From IMG/VR virus record IMGVR_UViG_3300014656_001812: a stretch of DNA of 64,000 bases, one strand, 5' to 3'. Of this stretch, positions 38,435 through 48,475 are shown in pieces. How positions within the stretch are numbered: the stretch's first letter is position 1; each line of letters starts with the position of its first letter. The stretch comes from an uncultured virus (IMG/VR IMGVR_UViG_3300014656_001812) (taxonomy: Duplodnaviria; Heunggongvirae; Uroviricota; Caudoviricetes). The translations under genes were made by a program, and so were the position numbers. The notes below the pieces were generated by a model that was not told the origin of the DNA, did not search any database, and saw only the letters and a program-made list of their open reading frames with translations.

Positions 38435-41168
38435 CTATAATCACCTTTGCTATACCACATGTAGAAGAGATATTAATAGGAGTGCCAGTTACAGGAATAT
38501 AGTCGATTTCACCATCTATTTCGGCTATATATTGTTGTGTATACTGTCCCCAACCAGATATTTCATCAAGAGGAATGGTCACGGTAGTAGACACAGGAAT
38601 GTCTTCATATAGTTTTGACGCTATCTCAAGCATCGTCCAAACAGTGGCCGTATATACTCCACCAGAGAATGACATCGGAGGAACTATACCGCTATGACAA
38701 AGCCCACCATAAGTTATTACAGAAGATGTCCAGTAAGTACTATAATTAGATCGTATCTGAAGCAACCAGTCAGGATATGTAGGAAGAAAAACATATCCAT
38801 TTGATATACCATAGTTATTAGCATTTGGATCCCCATCGCTTCCGCTCCATGCATCAGTTACATAGCCCTGTGCGCCGCCATTAGAACGAGTTATAATTAA
38901 ATGCCCAGCCCCACTAAGAATTGATTCTGTATACTTTATCCAGTGAGCATAGAAATTTGATATATGGCTCATAAATGGACGATACGTCCCTGCCGTGGCT
39001 GATGTCATCCAGTTGACATATGCTATATGTCCAGTACTACTATCCATCGTATATTTAAACTGCCCAACGACTCCTGATCCTGCGTTCCACGGAAGAGGAG
39101 GTATCCAGAAAAACATAGGATACGAACCACTTAAGTCAAGCTGAACATAGTTATGATAGGCGGTGGAAGTTATTAATGGTGCAGGGAGATGCCAATACCC
39201 ACCGCTATCAAAATCCCGCGACATCTGAATGGGAACAGCAGACATTTCGCCACGTCGGATATGACTTAAGGGCGTATGACGAAAAGTAATATTATATATT
39301 CCAATATCGTTAGGAAAAACGAGCCTATCGGATTCTATCTGGTACTGCTCTATTATGCTAGCGGTAGATGAATCAGCAAGAGAAGGAATATCGGCTATAA
39401 GTTCTTCTATCTGCGATATAATAGAACTACTTCCTCTATCGTATGAATGGATATATGTAGGAATGCCATTGGCATAGATTACATCTCTGTTATCATATAG
39501 CAAATTATCGTAGCCAATTCTCAAACGAGCCAAGTCCGCCTTCAATCTAACCTTTATCCATAATTTTTGTGGCTTAGTTATGAGACATTGTACAATGGTG
39601 CCAGTCTTTACTATATGAGTAGAGAATATATCGGTATCTGGAAGATACGGAGGAGCGATGCCCCAATCGTCATTAGTATAAAAAAGATAGTCTACATCAA
39701 ATTCTCGTTTCTTTATTCTACGGAGACTTTCTTGCCATGTACCAGTGCCAAACTGAGGCATTAGGTCGGTTATGTCTGTATACCCATCTTGTTCAAGTGG
39801 CATCCATTTATAGTGTCGCCACCAGACATGTCCAGCCCCATCGGCAACCATGCTCGCCGACCAATTGTCCCTATCTGTAACATATCTACGAGGCTTATTC
39901 ACATAAATATAGTAATATCCATCATTTGTTATTGCAGATACAGGGTCATTATAGTATGTTTTTCCAGAATATTCGGGCTCATCTCCTTCGTAGTAATATA
40001 CGCCACTAACAAAGATTCTTTCTCTAGTTGCCCAGAGATGTTGCCATCCAGGAATGCTAGCACTATGGTTGATAGTGAATTGATACATTCCCTGATCGAC
40101 ACCAAGTCCTATCCAGGCGGTTCCTGTAACCCTTCCTTCTGAATATGTAACAGACCTTGAAGCCAAAGATATTCCATCGACATAAGTACTATCGAGAATC
40201 TGAGTCTCATTTTCTCTTAGAATGATGTCATCCTTAGATATGGTAAAGCTATATTGATTGACAGTATTCTTCAGGAATACCTGACCGTCAAGGCTGATAG
40301 GAGGATGAGGAATATCATGAATATTGCTATGTACTCCGCTATTATAGAATATCTCACAGTTCTCAGACAAATAATCAACATGACTATAATATAATGGATT
40401 ATTAGTCATACCAAAGCGGGGCAAGAATTTATCGACAGCACAAGCCCCAACGCAGACCGTTCCAACGGTACTAGTATCAGACGGCTTATCATTGGCACAC
40501 CAAAATTTAACTGTATATGTTGCATTGGCGGAGGCGCTGAAATGACAAGTAAATAACTGTCTAAATTCCTGATTAGCCTTGTACTCGGCTCCTCCAAGAG
40601 CAGCTCCGTACCATCCCCCCTCTCTAAGATACCACGCCTTAGCAGCACAAATATTATATGTACTACCACTATGTTCATATATCTCAAACCAGAGATAGCT
40701 GATTTTATCATTTGCAGGCAAAGAAGGGTGATCTTTATATGGAAGTACTGGCATGTGTACTAGCGCATGACATGCTTGTGCTGATGTAAATGTAGAACTC
40801 AGTAGTAATGTCCCAGAGTAATGTATAGTGCGCCAATCAGGATGTAATGGATCCTGTATTACATCATGTCCATAAAGATATCCCTTCCACGACATGAGGT
40901 CTCCATTAATAACGAATGGAGAATTAGCATTATAACGAGAATAATAGGGGACTTCTAGATATGTATTGAAGAATAATCGATTTCTGACAAAGCCTTGGAA
41001 GTTTAAATCGAAAGTAAATTTCTTAGGTAAATAGCCTTCGTTAATGGTGCTAGAAACCATCGCATATTTAGATACGACAACATCAGCAGAAACGTTCTCG
41101 CAAAGAGAAGGTCTCTTTACGTGAAGATCTAAGTTGTCTCCTATACCAGGTGTTCGACTACTCATCAC
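38427..41168 (-). CDS. virion structural protein
   Basis: 913 aa, rich in aromatic residues, Ser and Thr; operon context. Confidence 0.58.
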   Translation of the reverse strand: MMSSRTPGIGDNLDLHVKRPSLCENVSADVVVSKYAMVSSTINEGYLPKKFTFDLNFQGFVRNRLFFNTYLEVPYYSRYNANSPFVINGDLMSWKGYLYGHDVIQDPLHPDWRTIHYSGTLLLSSTFTSAQACHALVHMPVLPYKDHPSLPANDKISYLWFEIYEHSGSTYNICAAKAWYLREGGWYGAALGGAEYKANQEFRQLFTCHFSASANATYTVKFWCANDKPSDTSTVGTVCVGACAVDKFLPRFGMTNNPLYYSHVDYLSENCEIFYNSGVHSNIHDIPHPPISLDGQVFLKNTVNQYSFTISKDDIILRENETQILDSTYVDGISLASRSVTYSEGRVTGTAWIGLGVDQGMYQFTINHSASIPGWQHLWATRERIFVSGVYYYEGDEPEYSGKTYYNDPVSAITNDGYYYIYVNKPRRYVTDRDNWSASMVADGAGHVWWRHYKWMPLEQDGYTDITDLMPQFGTGTWQESLRRIKKREFDVDYLFYTNDDWGIAPPYLPDTDIFSTHIVKTGTIVQCLITKPQKLWIKVRLKADLARLRIGYDNLLYDNRDVIYANGIPTYIHSYDRGSSSIISQIEELIADIPSLADSSTASIIEQYQIESDRLVFPNDIGIYNITFRHTPLSHIRRGEMSAVPIQMSRDFDSGGYWHLPAPLITSTAYHNYVQLDLSGSYPMFFWIPPLPWNAGSGVVGQFKYTMDSSTGHIAYVNWMTSATAGTYRPFMSHISNFYAHWIKYTESILSGAGHLIITRSNGGAQGYVTDAWSGSDGDPNANNYGISNGYVFLPTYPDWLLQIRSNYSTYWTSSVITYGGLCHSGIVPPMSFSGGVYTATVWTMLEIASKLYEDIPVSTTVTIPLDEISGWGQYTQQYIAEIDGEIDYIPVTGTPINISSTCGIAKVIIDA

Positions 41169-42612
41169 TAAGTTTCGTCACATAATCAAAAGTAGAGCTA
41201 TCTATAGAAGTTCTGCCCCACACAAATTTCCCGAAGGAACGGCCAATATGTGAGAATAACTTCGCTACTTCATTAAGAGTTCCTAATGGTCTACCAAAGT
41301 CGTCGTGATATTTCATTATAAATCCCTTTGAATATGTACCATAGACATTAACAGTAAGACCTGCTGTATTGGTACTTGAAAGCCCCAGTTCGCGGGCTAT
41401 CGCGAGACTTGCGCCCATAAACGTAGAGTTGCCAATCTTGCTATAGTTACCATCGAATGCTATGCCACCATATGTTCCAGACAGATTGATAGTAGAGAAG
41501 ACATCGAGGGCGCGATTCCTAAGAGACTCGTCTGATTCAAGATATAGCCTAGAGAGATTCAAATATAGAGAGAGGTCGTCTAGAGCATTCCATATATGAT
41601 GTATGCTCACAGGACAAGAATATCTTCCATTTATAACAACACTATTATACTTACCGTTATTGAATCTAAGATATAACTGAGCATTCACAGAGTCAAAGTA
41701 ATACAGGTCGAATACTGTTCCTGTATTCTGCGGGCGCATATCATAGTTATTCAGAACCCAGTCGTGCTTTGTCGTAGCACTCATCAGCATCTGTCCATCG
41801 GAATGAACAGACGTCACTGCTTCGACTGGCACTTCGACCATTCCTATCCAAGAGAGATAAGGATTACAGGTATTAATAAATAGAGACATTGTTAGATTAT
41901 TAACATCGGAAGAGACGTCATTGACTCCTTCCTGAACTCCGCCATAGACGCGCTGACCGGCAGAATATGGATTCTTTGTCATATCCATCCATTCTGGCAT
42001 TCCAAATGGTCCAGTAAAGAGGGGATGAACGCCCCCGATAGGATAAAATGTACTAGGGACTACCTGTCCATCATAATCATTGAGGACAGGGAAATATGCG
42101 TGGACTGGGACGGTCGCTGTTATCGGCTTCTGTAATGTCGCCTGTAAATCAATAAATGATTTGGCAACATCAAGAAAGTCATTAGTTAATATAAAGTAAC
42201 CAGTACACTGTAATCGTAGGAATACTGTGAACGGAATATATGTTTCTTCTCTGCCACCTAACCATACAGTGGCAGTCATATTTCCTACACCAGTAGCACT
42301 AAAGAATTCAGCGTGGACAGGAAGGAAAGATATTTGGGGCTTCATCAACTGGACACGGAGGAAGCCAAACTCTGAAATAGGATATCCCAATTCTGTAGTT
42401 AGCCCATATGTAGTAGAGCCACTATTTGTTTCCCATAGGTAGACAGTAAGATATGTGGACGTTGCCGATACATCTGTGTATGTAGCCTCTGCCGCGGTAA
42501 TGGTAGCGGAGATATCTGCACAATATAGTTCAGTTGAACTATGATGTATAGCAAAATCAAAGAAGGTCGGTATATAGGCGATTGAACCGAATGTGGCAGA
42601 TCCGCTAGCCAT
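41158..42612 (-). CDS. baseplate wedge-like structural protein
   Basis: HHIWNALDDL..LSRL..ESDESLRNR...IARELGL resembles myophage baseplate wedge proteins. Confidence 0.62.
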   Translation of the reverse strand: MASGSATFGSIAYIPTFFDFAIHHSSTELYCADISATITAAEATYTDVSATSTYLTVYLWETNSGSTTYGLTTELGYPISEFGFLRVQLMKPQISFLPVHAEFFSATGVGNMTATVWLGGREETYIPFTVFLRLQCTGYFILTNDFLDVAKSFIDLQATLQKPITATVPVHAYFPVLNDYDGQVVPSTFYPIGGVHPLFTGPFGMPEWMDMTKNPYSAGQRVYGGVQEGVNDVSSDVNNLTMSLFINTCNPYLSWIGMVEVPVEAVTSVHSDGQMLMSATTKHDWVLNNYDMRPQNTGTVFDLYYFDSVNAQLYLRFNNGKYNSVVINGRYSCPVSIHHIWNALDDLSLYLNLSRLYLESDESLRNRALDVFSTINLSGTYGGIAFDGNYSKIGNSTFMGASLAIARELGLSSTNTAGLTVNVYGTYSKGFIMKYHDDFGRPLGTLNEVAKLFSHIGRSFGKFVWGRTSIDSSTFDYVTKLSDE

Positions 42613-42615
42613 TAA

Positions 42616-43497
42616 TTAATCTCCTATAGGCAGTAACGAATTAGTACCCGAACTAGATTCAGGGTTATAGCTAAACCGAATTTGAAACCCAGGATAAGTT
42701 CCCGTAGGAAACGCAGTTGAAATGTACCTCCTCGCCCATACAGATACACTAGACCCAGAAGCAAGATCTCCGAGGGAAGTTCCATCAATGCGAGAGAAGG
42801 GCTGACTATAGACGTATCCAACAGCATTAGTTATATCATCATCCGATGTCCCAGGAGCAATAGAGAAAGGATACACAGGAGGAAACGCAGGGGGACCATC
42901 AACGCCTTCAACTCCATAGTACATATGAACTCGTAGATTTTGTGCTGTAGCCGTGCCAGAATTATATATAAAGATTTTACGATATTCAGTAACACCATTT
43001 GCCGTGGGAATCGTAACCGTTTCGGAGAATGGCAGTGCGTCTATAACAATACCTGTATCAATAACTCCACCAAGTCCTCCTCCTGGAGTGGCGGGGTGAA
43101 AACTAGCAGTAGGCGCGAAATCGCCCATCCACAAGAAAAAGACATTACCGCCGCCAGAAGGAACGAGATCCGTGTAATTATTTATTATAATAGCAACGGA
43201 ATCTTCATAAGCAGGAATAGACGTATAGGCTACCGTTGCCGTACAGGTAGTCCAAGAATGTATGCTATCAATAGTGGACGTATAGAGTGAAATATATGAT
43301 TCGCTACATTTCCAACTTCCAGAAGCAGGAGAAACAAACGATACATCAGACGGCCCTTGTGTAGTTCCAATAGCGCCACCGCTCCAACTCCAGAGAGACC
43401 CACAAGGAGAATAGTATAGGGTAGAGGAGGTTATTGTGCCTCCTCCATCGGCGACCGTAAGCAACTTCCACATAGCCGAGCCAGTCGGTGCTGTCAT
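42616..43497 (-). CDS. virion structural protein
   Basis: TEYRKIFIYN...LGDLASGSSVSVWARR; Gly/Ser/Thr-rich. Confidence 0.6.
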   Translation of the reverse strand: MTAPTGSAMWKLLTVADGGGTITSSTLYYSPCGSLWSWSGGAIGTTQGPSDVSFVSPASGSWKCSESYISLYTSTIDSIHSWTTCTATVAYTSIPAYEDSVAIIINNYTDLVPSGGGNVFFLWMGDFAPTASFHPATPGGGLGGVIDTGIVIDALPFSETVTIPTANGVTEYRKIFIYNSGTATAQNLRVHMYYGVEGVDGPPAFPPVYPFSIAPGTSDDDITNAVGYVYSQPFSRIDGTSLGDLASGSSVSVWARRYISTAFPTGTYPGFQIRFSYNPESSSGTNSLLPIGD

Positions 43498-43964
43498 TAT
43501 AACATTACCCTCGAACCGCTAAGACTAATGAGCAATCTATAAATATGTCCAGCAGGCATTCCGTCTCTTCCCCTTGCCCTAACATAGACGGCGCGCGCCT
43601 GCTTTACGGGTCTTTCTAACCTATATGGTCCAGCATATATATCTCCGTTAAAAGTAAAGCCAATGCTACCAGAAACAGGCTCACAATAGGCGGCAGTAGA
43701 GGACGCTAGTTGTACCCAATCAGCATAACCTTCCTCTGTCTCGCTACTACCAGATATCATTATATGAACGTCTCTATAAGCATAGCGATAACTTACGTGA
43801 CCAACAAAGAACTGAATCCAAGGACCCCATCCCCACGCGCCACCAGAGGTTATACCACATTCACATACAACAGGATCATAATCAAACGCAGTGACCCCAT
43901 CCCAATTAAGGATACCAGTAGAGACACTATCGTGAAGCTGGTAATCTTTATATAGTATCAGCAC
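43497..43964 (-). CDS. hypothetical structural protein
   Basis: Coupled ORF within the operon. Confidence 0.6.
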   Translation of the reverse strand: MLILYKDYQLHDSVSTGILNWDGVTAFDYDPVVCECGITSGGAWGWGPWIQFFVGHVSYRYAYRDVHIMISGSSETEEGYADWVQLASSTAAYCEPVSGSIGFTFNGDIYAGPYRLERPVKQARAVYVRARGRDGMPAGHIYRLLISLSGSRVML

Positions 43965-44428
43965 AGGAGACCCTCTCTTATCTCGATTCTAGATTTATTA
44001 TCTATAACCTTTACGTGACCATTGTATTCTACAATAGCGCTACAATTAGACGCGTCGCACTCTATGGATACTACCTCGTCCATTATTATAGATAGAGAGA
44101 TGGCTCTGCGAGAGCCATTATGGAATATAGACTGAACCAAATCACAGCCAGCAACGGGACGAGTAGTCTTAACTAACTGCGTACCATGGAACATATCTGT
44201 ACGTTGTAGAAAAGGAGAAGGTCTAATTGTTCTAGAAAGAGCATCAATCCTTAGTCCGTCAATATCAAAGTAAAGATGTATTGGAATATTTTGTACGTGT
44301 ATACTGTCCTCTGTTAATACCGCTACTCTATCAGGAGAAATTAGCCAGAGTTCGCAGAACTCATCAGGATTGAATTGTTCCCGATTCGCGAATATACTCT
44401 GTCCATTCTTCATCACGGCTTTCCACAT
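43958..44428 (-). CDS. hypothetical protein; probable start MWKAVMKNG at 44428
   Basis: The ORF track starts at 44494, but that 5' part is overlapped by a better-placed zinc-finger ORF. Confidence 0.55.
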   Translation of the reverse strand: MWKAVMKNGQSIFANREQFNPDEFCELWLISPDRVAVLTEDSIHVQNIPIHLYFDIDGLRIDALSRTIRPSPFLQRTDMFHGTQLVKTTRPVAGCDLVQSIFHNGSRRAISLSIIMDEVVSIECDASNCSAIVEYNGHVKVIDNKSRIEIREGLLC

Positions 44429-44522
44429 ACTCATCGCAGTGCGCGCAGTATCCATTAATAAGGAGAAGACCGCAGTCCGGACATCTTTGGGCATCAGAGG
44501 GACCGCGGTAAATCCATATCAT
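44364..44522 (-). CDS. 52-aa zinc-finger protein (MIWIYRGPSDAQRCPDCGLLLINGYCAHCDEY...); not in the ORF track
   Basis: ATG 3 nt after the upstream stop; CPDC-x8-CAHC; acidic tail; TGA at 44364-44366. Confidence 0.65.
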   Translation of the reverse strand: MIWIYRGPSDAQRCPDCGLLLINGYCAHCDEYVESRDEEWTEYIRESGTIQS

Positions 44523-44525
44523 AGT

Positions 44526-45617
44526 TTAATATTTATAAGTTAAAGCATAAAGCCCTGTGTCTTGCCCTTGAACCTGCGCGTCGTATGGTACCACTATCCG
44601 AAGATTTACAATGGCGCCACCAGACGGAACATTATAATAGCTATTAAGTCTATTCATAGTTCCGCTAGTACCACTGTCATTAGCGTCTGGTATGCCGTCG
44701 CTATCTACGGCGGGCAGAGACAGGTTTCCTATTTCTGTACTCCCCCCAATCCTATGAGCAACAACACCAGCGACATTCCAACCAAGAGCTGTGTATGCTG
44801 TATCGGTACTGGAATATAGATAATCAACGTCTATACCCCTGTCTGTTGGCAACGCAATACCACCACTACCATAACCTTGTGTTGATGTAGATGAAACAAT
44901 AGTAACTACCGCGCCAGCAACAGTATAGCCAGTAGTATATGGCAATTCTTGTAGATAGGCATATGAGGAGAGGTATGTATCATTCGTTACGGCACTGTTG
45001 AGTGTAAAGCCGCCGTCGCTATAGGTAATGCTACCTTCTGTAAATGATACGACACCAACTGTCGCGCCACTGAGAGTGTAGAGACGAACAATAGGAATAG
45101 GATTGCCACCAACACCACTACCAGAATACTTACTATTCTGATTCTGAATAGCAAATATTCCGCTGCCAGAGTTAACAAGAGTAAGAGGAACAATTGCTGT
45201 CGAGCTATCATTCCCAGTTATATTGGTCCATCTGACACGGGTATTAGGAGTAGAGCCACTAAGGGTAGGGGTATTATATAGCGTGACATATGTAACTCCA
45301 CCATCCCCAAAATGGAACTCCTGCTTTATCCACCCAATCTTGTTGACATTCTGCGCCTGTACCATTCTGAAGTGGGCTATGAGATGTCCCATACCAGCAC
45401 TAGGCGGAGGATATACGCCAGAACTCGCAGCGGTAGTATAGACATCCAGCTTAGTGTCGTAAGCGTCTGATACACCCCCTGTCCCATCAAAGTTGTTCAC
45501 GAATACAAGTTGTTCAGCGGTGGAACTCTCTCCTTGGGCGACCTGCCCGTAGTCGTGTAGATAAACATTGTCGTAACCGGCGTTCATCCGGCGCAACGAA
45601 ATAATAGGTGCACTCAT
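44526..45617 (-). CDS. virion structural protein
   Basis: DYGQV..GESST...VNNFDG...VSDA; Gly/Ser/Thr-rich; follows baseplate J. Confidence 0.62.
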   Translation of the reverse strand: MSAPIISLRRMNAGYDNVYLHDYGQVAQGESSTAEQLVFVNNFDGTGGVSDAYDTKLDVYTTAASSGVYPPPSAGMGHLIAHFRMVQAQNVNKIGWIKQEFHFGDGGVTYVTLYNTPTLSGSTPNTRVRWTNITGNDSSTAIVPLTLVNSGSGIFAIQNQNSKYSGSGVGGNPIPIVRLYTLSGATVGVVSFTEGSITYSDGGFTLNSAVTNDTYLSSYAYLQELPYTTGYTVAGAVVTIVSSTSTQGYGSGGIALPTDRGIDVDYLYSSTDTAYTALGWNVAGVVAHRIGGSTEIGNLSLPAVDSDGIPDANDSGTSGTMNRLNSYYNVPSGGAIVNLRIVVPYDAQVQGQDTGLYALTYKY

Positions 45618-46447
45618 TCTGAATATCTCCTCATTCGAATATCGATAGCCTTGTCAACGAATCTGTCTGGTATAAGCTTCTCGTTATCCTTAGTCTCTAT
45701 ACAATATGTCACGGGCTTGCCATTGACCAAGACTTCTTCTACCCTAAAAGAAGCCTTGTGTATACGTACATGCCACTGAAAAATTGCTGTTATATCGTCT
45801 AGACATAACCGCTCCCCTATCTCTGTCTGTACAATTCGGTCTCGTATCTGATTGGTAATATTAGATGCGAGTGTTGGATTGATGGAATTAACGAATACGA
45901 CAGCCCTGACTCTAACGTCAAGGTATTCGGGTCTGCTGACATATAAAGAAATCCCTTCGGCTAATCTTGGTGCTATAGAATCATATACTAAATCTAGTTG
46001 TGATTGAGTTGGGATAACTCCGTTCTGGGCCTCCACGAATGCGGCGACCGTCGCAGGCCCGTAGAATCCAGAATGTATTTTAACATCGCTTACTCCTGGA
46101 ACATTAAGTGCGGCCACTCTAATGGCAATAATGTTATCCCGCGCCGCCTGATTAATGGCAGTGACGATGCGATATCTGAATGTCTCAAGTGGTTCCCCTG
46201 ATAATTGACTAATGCCGAAAAGACCACCTATAGCATTAAGAGATGAAGATGAGGTGGCAGTAGAAACAAATGCTTCTCTAGAGAACTCAACGAGCCTATC
46301 TGACAAGCGACTTATAGAGGTGTTAGACATCTCTAGGAATGCTCTGACAAGCCCCCCCGGTGTCGCAACGATGTCGGCTTCCTTCAATTTCTCAATAGAG
46401 GAAGACATCAACTCTGAAAATGAAAGTCCATAAAAATCAATTGGCAT
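45614..46447 (-). CDS. baseplate J/gp47-like protein
   Basis: FVSTAT...LNAIG.LFG...GEPLETFRYRI...AALNVPGVSDV. Confidence 0.85.
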   Translation of the reverse strand: MPIDFYGLSFSELMSSSIEKLKEADIVATPGGLVRAFLEMSNTSISRLSDRLVEFSREAFVSTATSSSSLNAIGGLFGISQLSGEPLETFRYRIVTAINQAARDNIIAIRVAALNVPGVSDVKIHSGFYGPATVAAFVEAQNGVIPTQSQLDLVYDSIAPRLAEGISLYVSRPEYLDVRVRAVVFVNSINPTLASNITNQIRDRIVQTEIGERLCLDDITAIFQWHVRIHKASFRVEEVLVNGKPVTYCIETKDNEKLIPDRFVDKAIDIRMRRYSE

Positions 46448-46455
46448 TTTTTGTC

Positions 46456-46887
46456 TTACCCAAATACAAAATTACTCTGATCTATCAGAAATCCCTCGTC
46501 TAGGTCATAAGAGAACGAAAACACAAAGTCTAGTCCAGGCTGAATAGAATATACGAAGACTCCCAATCGCGTCACAGATAAGGGCACGACTCTAACGACG
46601 AAGTCATCAGAGACTCTACTCACAGCCCTAGAGACTGATATCTGTATAGCATTCTTCAGTTCTAAAGTATTGGGGCGTCCGATATAGCGATCTATATCGT
46701 GACCGATATCAGAATGTATTGTGAATGAGCGTATTGTTGTTCTGAGTGATATAATGATCTGCTGTATTATATGGCGCTTAGATGCTGGATATATATCATT
46801 TGGAACTGGATAATAAGAAGCATCGATTGCGTCGCCACTATCGACCATAAGATCGCCATCATCTGTCATAGCAAATTCCTTAGGCAT
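46456..46887 (-). CDS. baseplate wedge gp25/W-like protein
   Basis: DGDL...SGD...QQI..LRT...HSDIG.D...YIG.PN; likely start MPKEF after GGGAG. Confidence 0.75.
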   Translation of the reverse strand: MPKEFAMTDDGDLMVDSGDAIDASYYPVPNDIYPASKRHIIQQIIISLRTTIRSFTIHSDIGHDIDRYIGRPNTLELKNAIQISVSRAVSRVSDDFVVRVVPLSVTRLGVFVYSIQPGLDFVFSFSYDLDEGFLIDQSNFVFG

Positions 46888-46912
46888 ACCGTGCTCCCGT
46901 CTATTAATAAGG

Positions 46913-48466
46913 TTATTCTTGCTCAGATATTGGCTCTTTATCAATCATTGGGTCAGAGAATTTGGACGTAATCATTGATATATTCTGGGTCACGATGCGT
47001 CCTACTTCTACGAGTCTTGACTTAAAGACCTCTTGGAATGGATATGAGCGCATTTCTCCTGGTCGTATGTGATGCTCATCCGTCGCGTGAGCAAGATGCT
47101 TATGAGCAAGATACTTCTTCCTGATTTCCTTTAAGGCAGACAAAACGCTCACGTGGGGAGTCTTATGATCAATTAGAATATGCCAGTCATCGACACTCTG
47201 AAGATCGGGACCCTCCTCTGGATGATCGCTATCAGCAGTATCGTTGGCAACTGGTTTGCTGGTCATTCTTTCTGAGCCACCCCACCTGTCATTAGTGATA
47301 AACTGCCCATCAAGCATCTGGTCATTATAGTCATTGCTCATAAAGGTGGTGACGTCCTCATAGGCACCGCCCGCAAGACGTCCTGTCCCTTGGATAATAG
47401 AGTTTAACTTTACCCCATACTTACCCTCCCCCATCAGCGGTCCCATTACCTTATAGTCCGAGACATCAGGAAGCATCATCAGATCAATCTTGGCGCCCTC
47501 TATAGCCTCTTGGCGAGCCATAAATTCGTGCCTGTTTACCATACCTTCGTTATATTGACTAGGCACGTGGACACCATCGGTATCCTCTACATCTTCATAG
47601 GATACAAGGTTATCATTCAGCGGCGCGCCGTTCCATCTCACATTCTGAGCAACTATATCTATGGTATCTGCTTGTAGTATCAAGTGACGACTCGTGCGGT
47701 TCATATATATACTGACACCATCATCAACTGATAGACCAATGACATCGTCCTTCATAGTAATCTCAGCATTGCCGTCCTTCTGCGCCCAGCCTCTCTGATC
47801 AGAGTGCTTCGGTCTCTCTAGGTCTATAGAGGACTTCAGGTAATTAGCCCACCTCTCCTTGAGATCGCCGTGCGCACGCAGAGCATCAGAAGGCGCATTC
47901 CCCTTCATACCAGACGGGTAGGCATTGGCAACCTGCGAATCAGACTGAGAGAAACTAGTAATATCTGAGAATAACTGGTGAGCAGGACCAAGGACATAGA
48001 AGCGTTTATTGACAGTTAAGCCGTGGACAATGGTAGCCTGAAAGGGTACCTTGACGAAGTAATCTCTGAAGTTCTTGAGAGAGTTGACAGGAAAGCCCTT
48101 CTCTGCCATCTTTACCATCTCATTATTGATGATTTTTATGGCATCTTCCTTAGAGACCTTCGGGCTAATCGTAGATTTAGACTCGTGTATGACATCCATC
48201 CAGTAGGGATTTGTGACATCTCCGCCACGCGCCGCCTGAACTACGTGTCCTATAAAATCAGGCTCAGGATTCTCAGGCGTAGAGCCATTGATGTATCTAT
48301 AACTCGCGCTCGGCAGGATAACATCACAGGTCTGATTATTATATCCCTCTCCAGACACAAAGTTATACGCTAGTGCCATTGGATGATACTCCAGATGATT
48401 CTGAAGCATACTAGGAACCGTATCCTGAATGCCATTACTGATGAGTTGCTCTATCTGTCGTCTCAT
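46913..48466 (-). CDS. putative baseplate hub/spike-associated protein
   Basis: Positioned between the tail lysin and the gp25-like gene. Confidence 0.45.
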   Translation of the reverse strand: MRRQIEQLISNGIQDTVPSMLQNHLEYHPMALAYNFVSGEGYNNQTCDVILPSASYRYINGSTPENPEPDFIGHVVQAARGGDVTNPYWMDVIHESKSTISPKVSKEDAIKIINNEMVKMAEKGFPVNSLKNFRDYFVKVPFQATIVHGLTVNKRFYVLGPAHQLFSDITSFSQSDSQVANAYPSGMKGNAPSDALRAHGDLKERWANYLKSSIDLERPKHSDQRGWAQKDGNAEITMKDDVIGLSVDDGVSIYMNRTSRHLILQADTIDIVAQNVRWNGAPLNDNLVSYEDVEDTDGVHVPSQYNEGMVNRHEFMARQEAIEGAKIDLMMLPDVSDYKVMGPLMGEGKYGVKLNSIIQGTGRLAGGAYEDVTTFMSNDYNDQMLDGQFITNDRWGGSERMTSKPVANDTADSDHPEEGPDLQSVDDWHILIDHKTPHVSVLSALKEIRKKYLAHKHLAHATDEHHIRPGEMRSYPFQEVFKSRLVEVGRIVTQNISMITSKFSDPMIDKEPISEQE

Positions 48467-48475
48467 ATTGCCACC

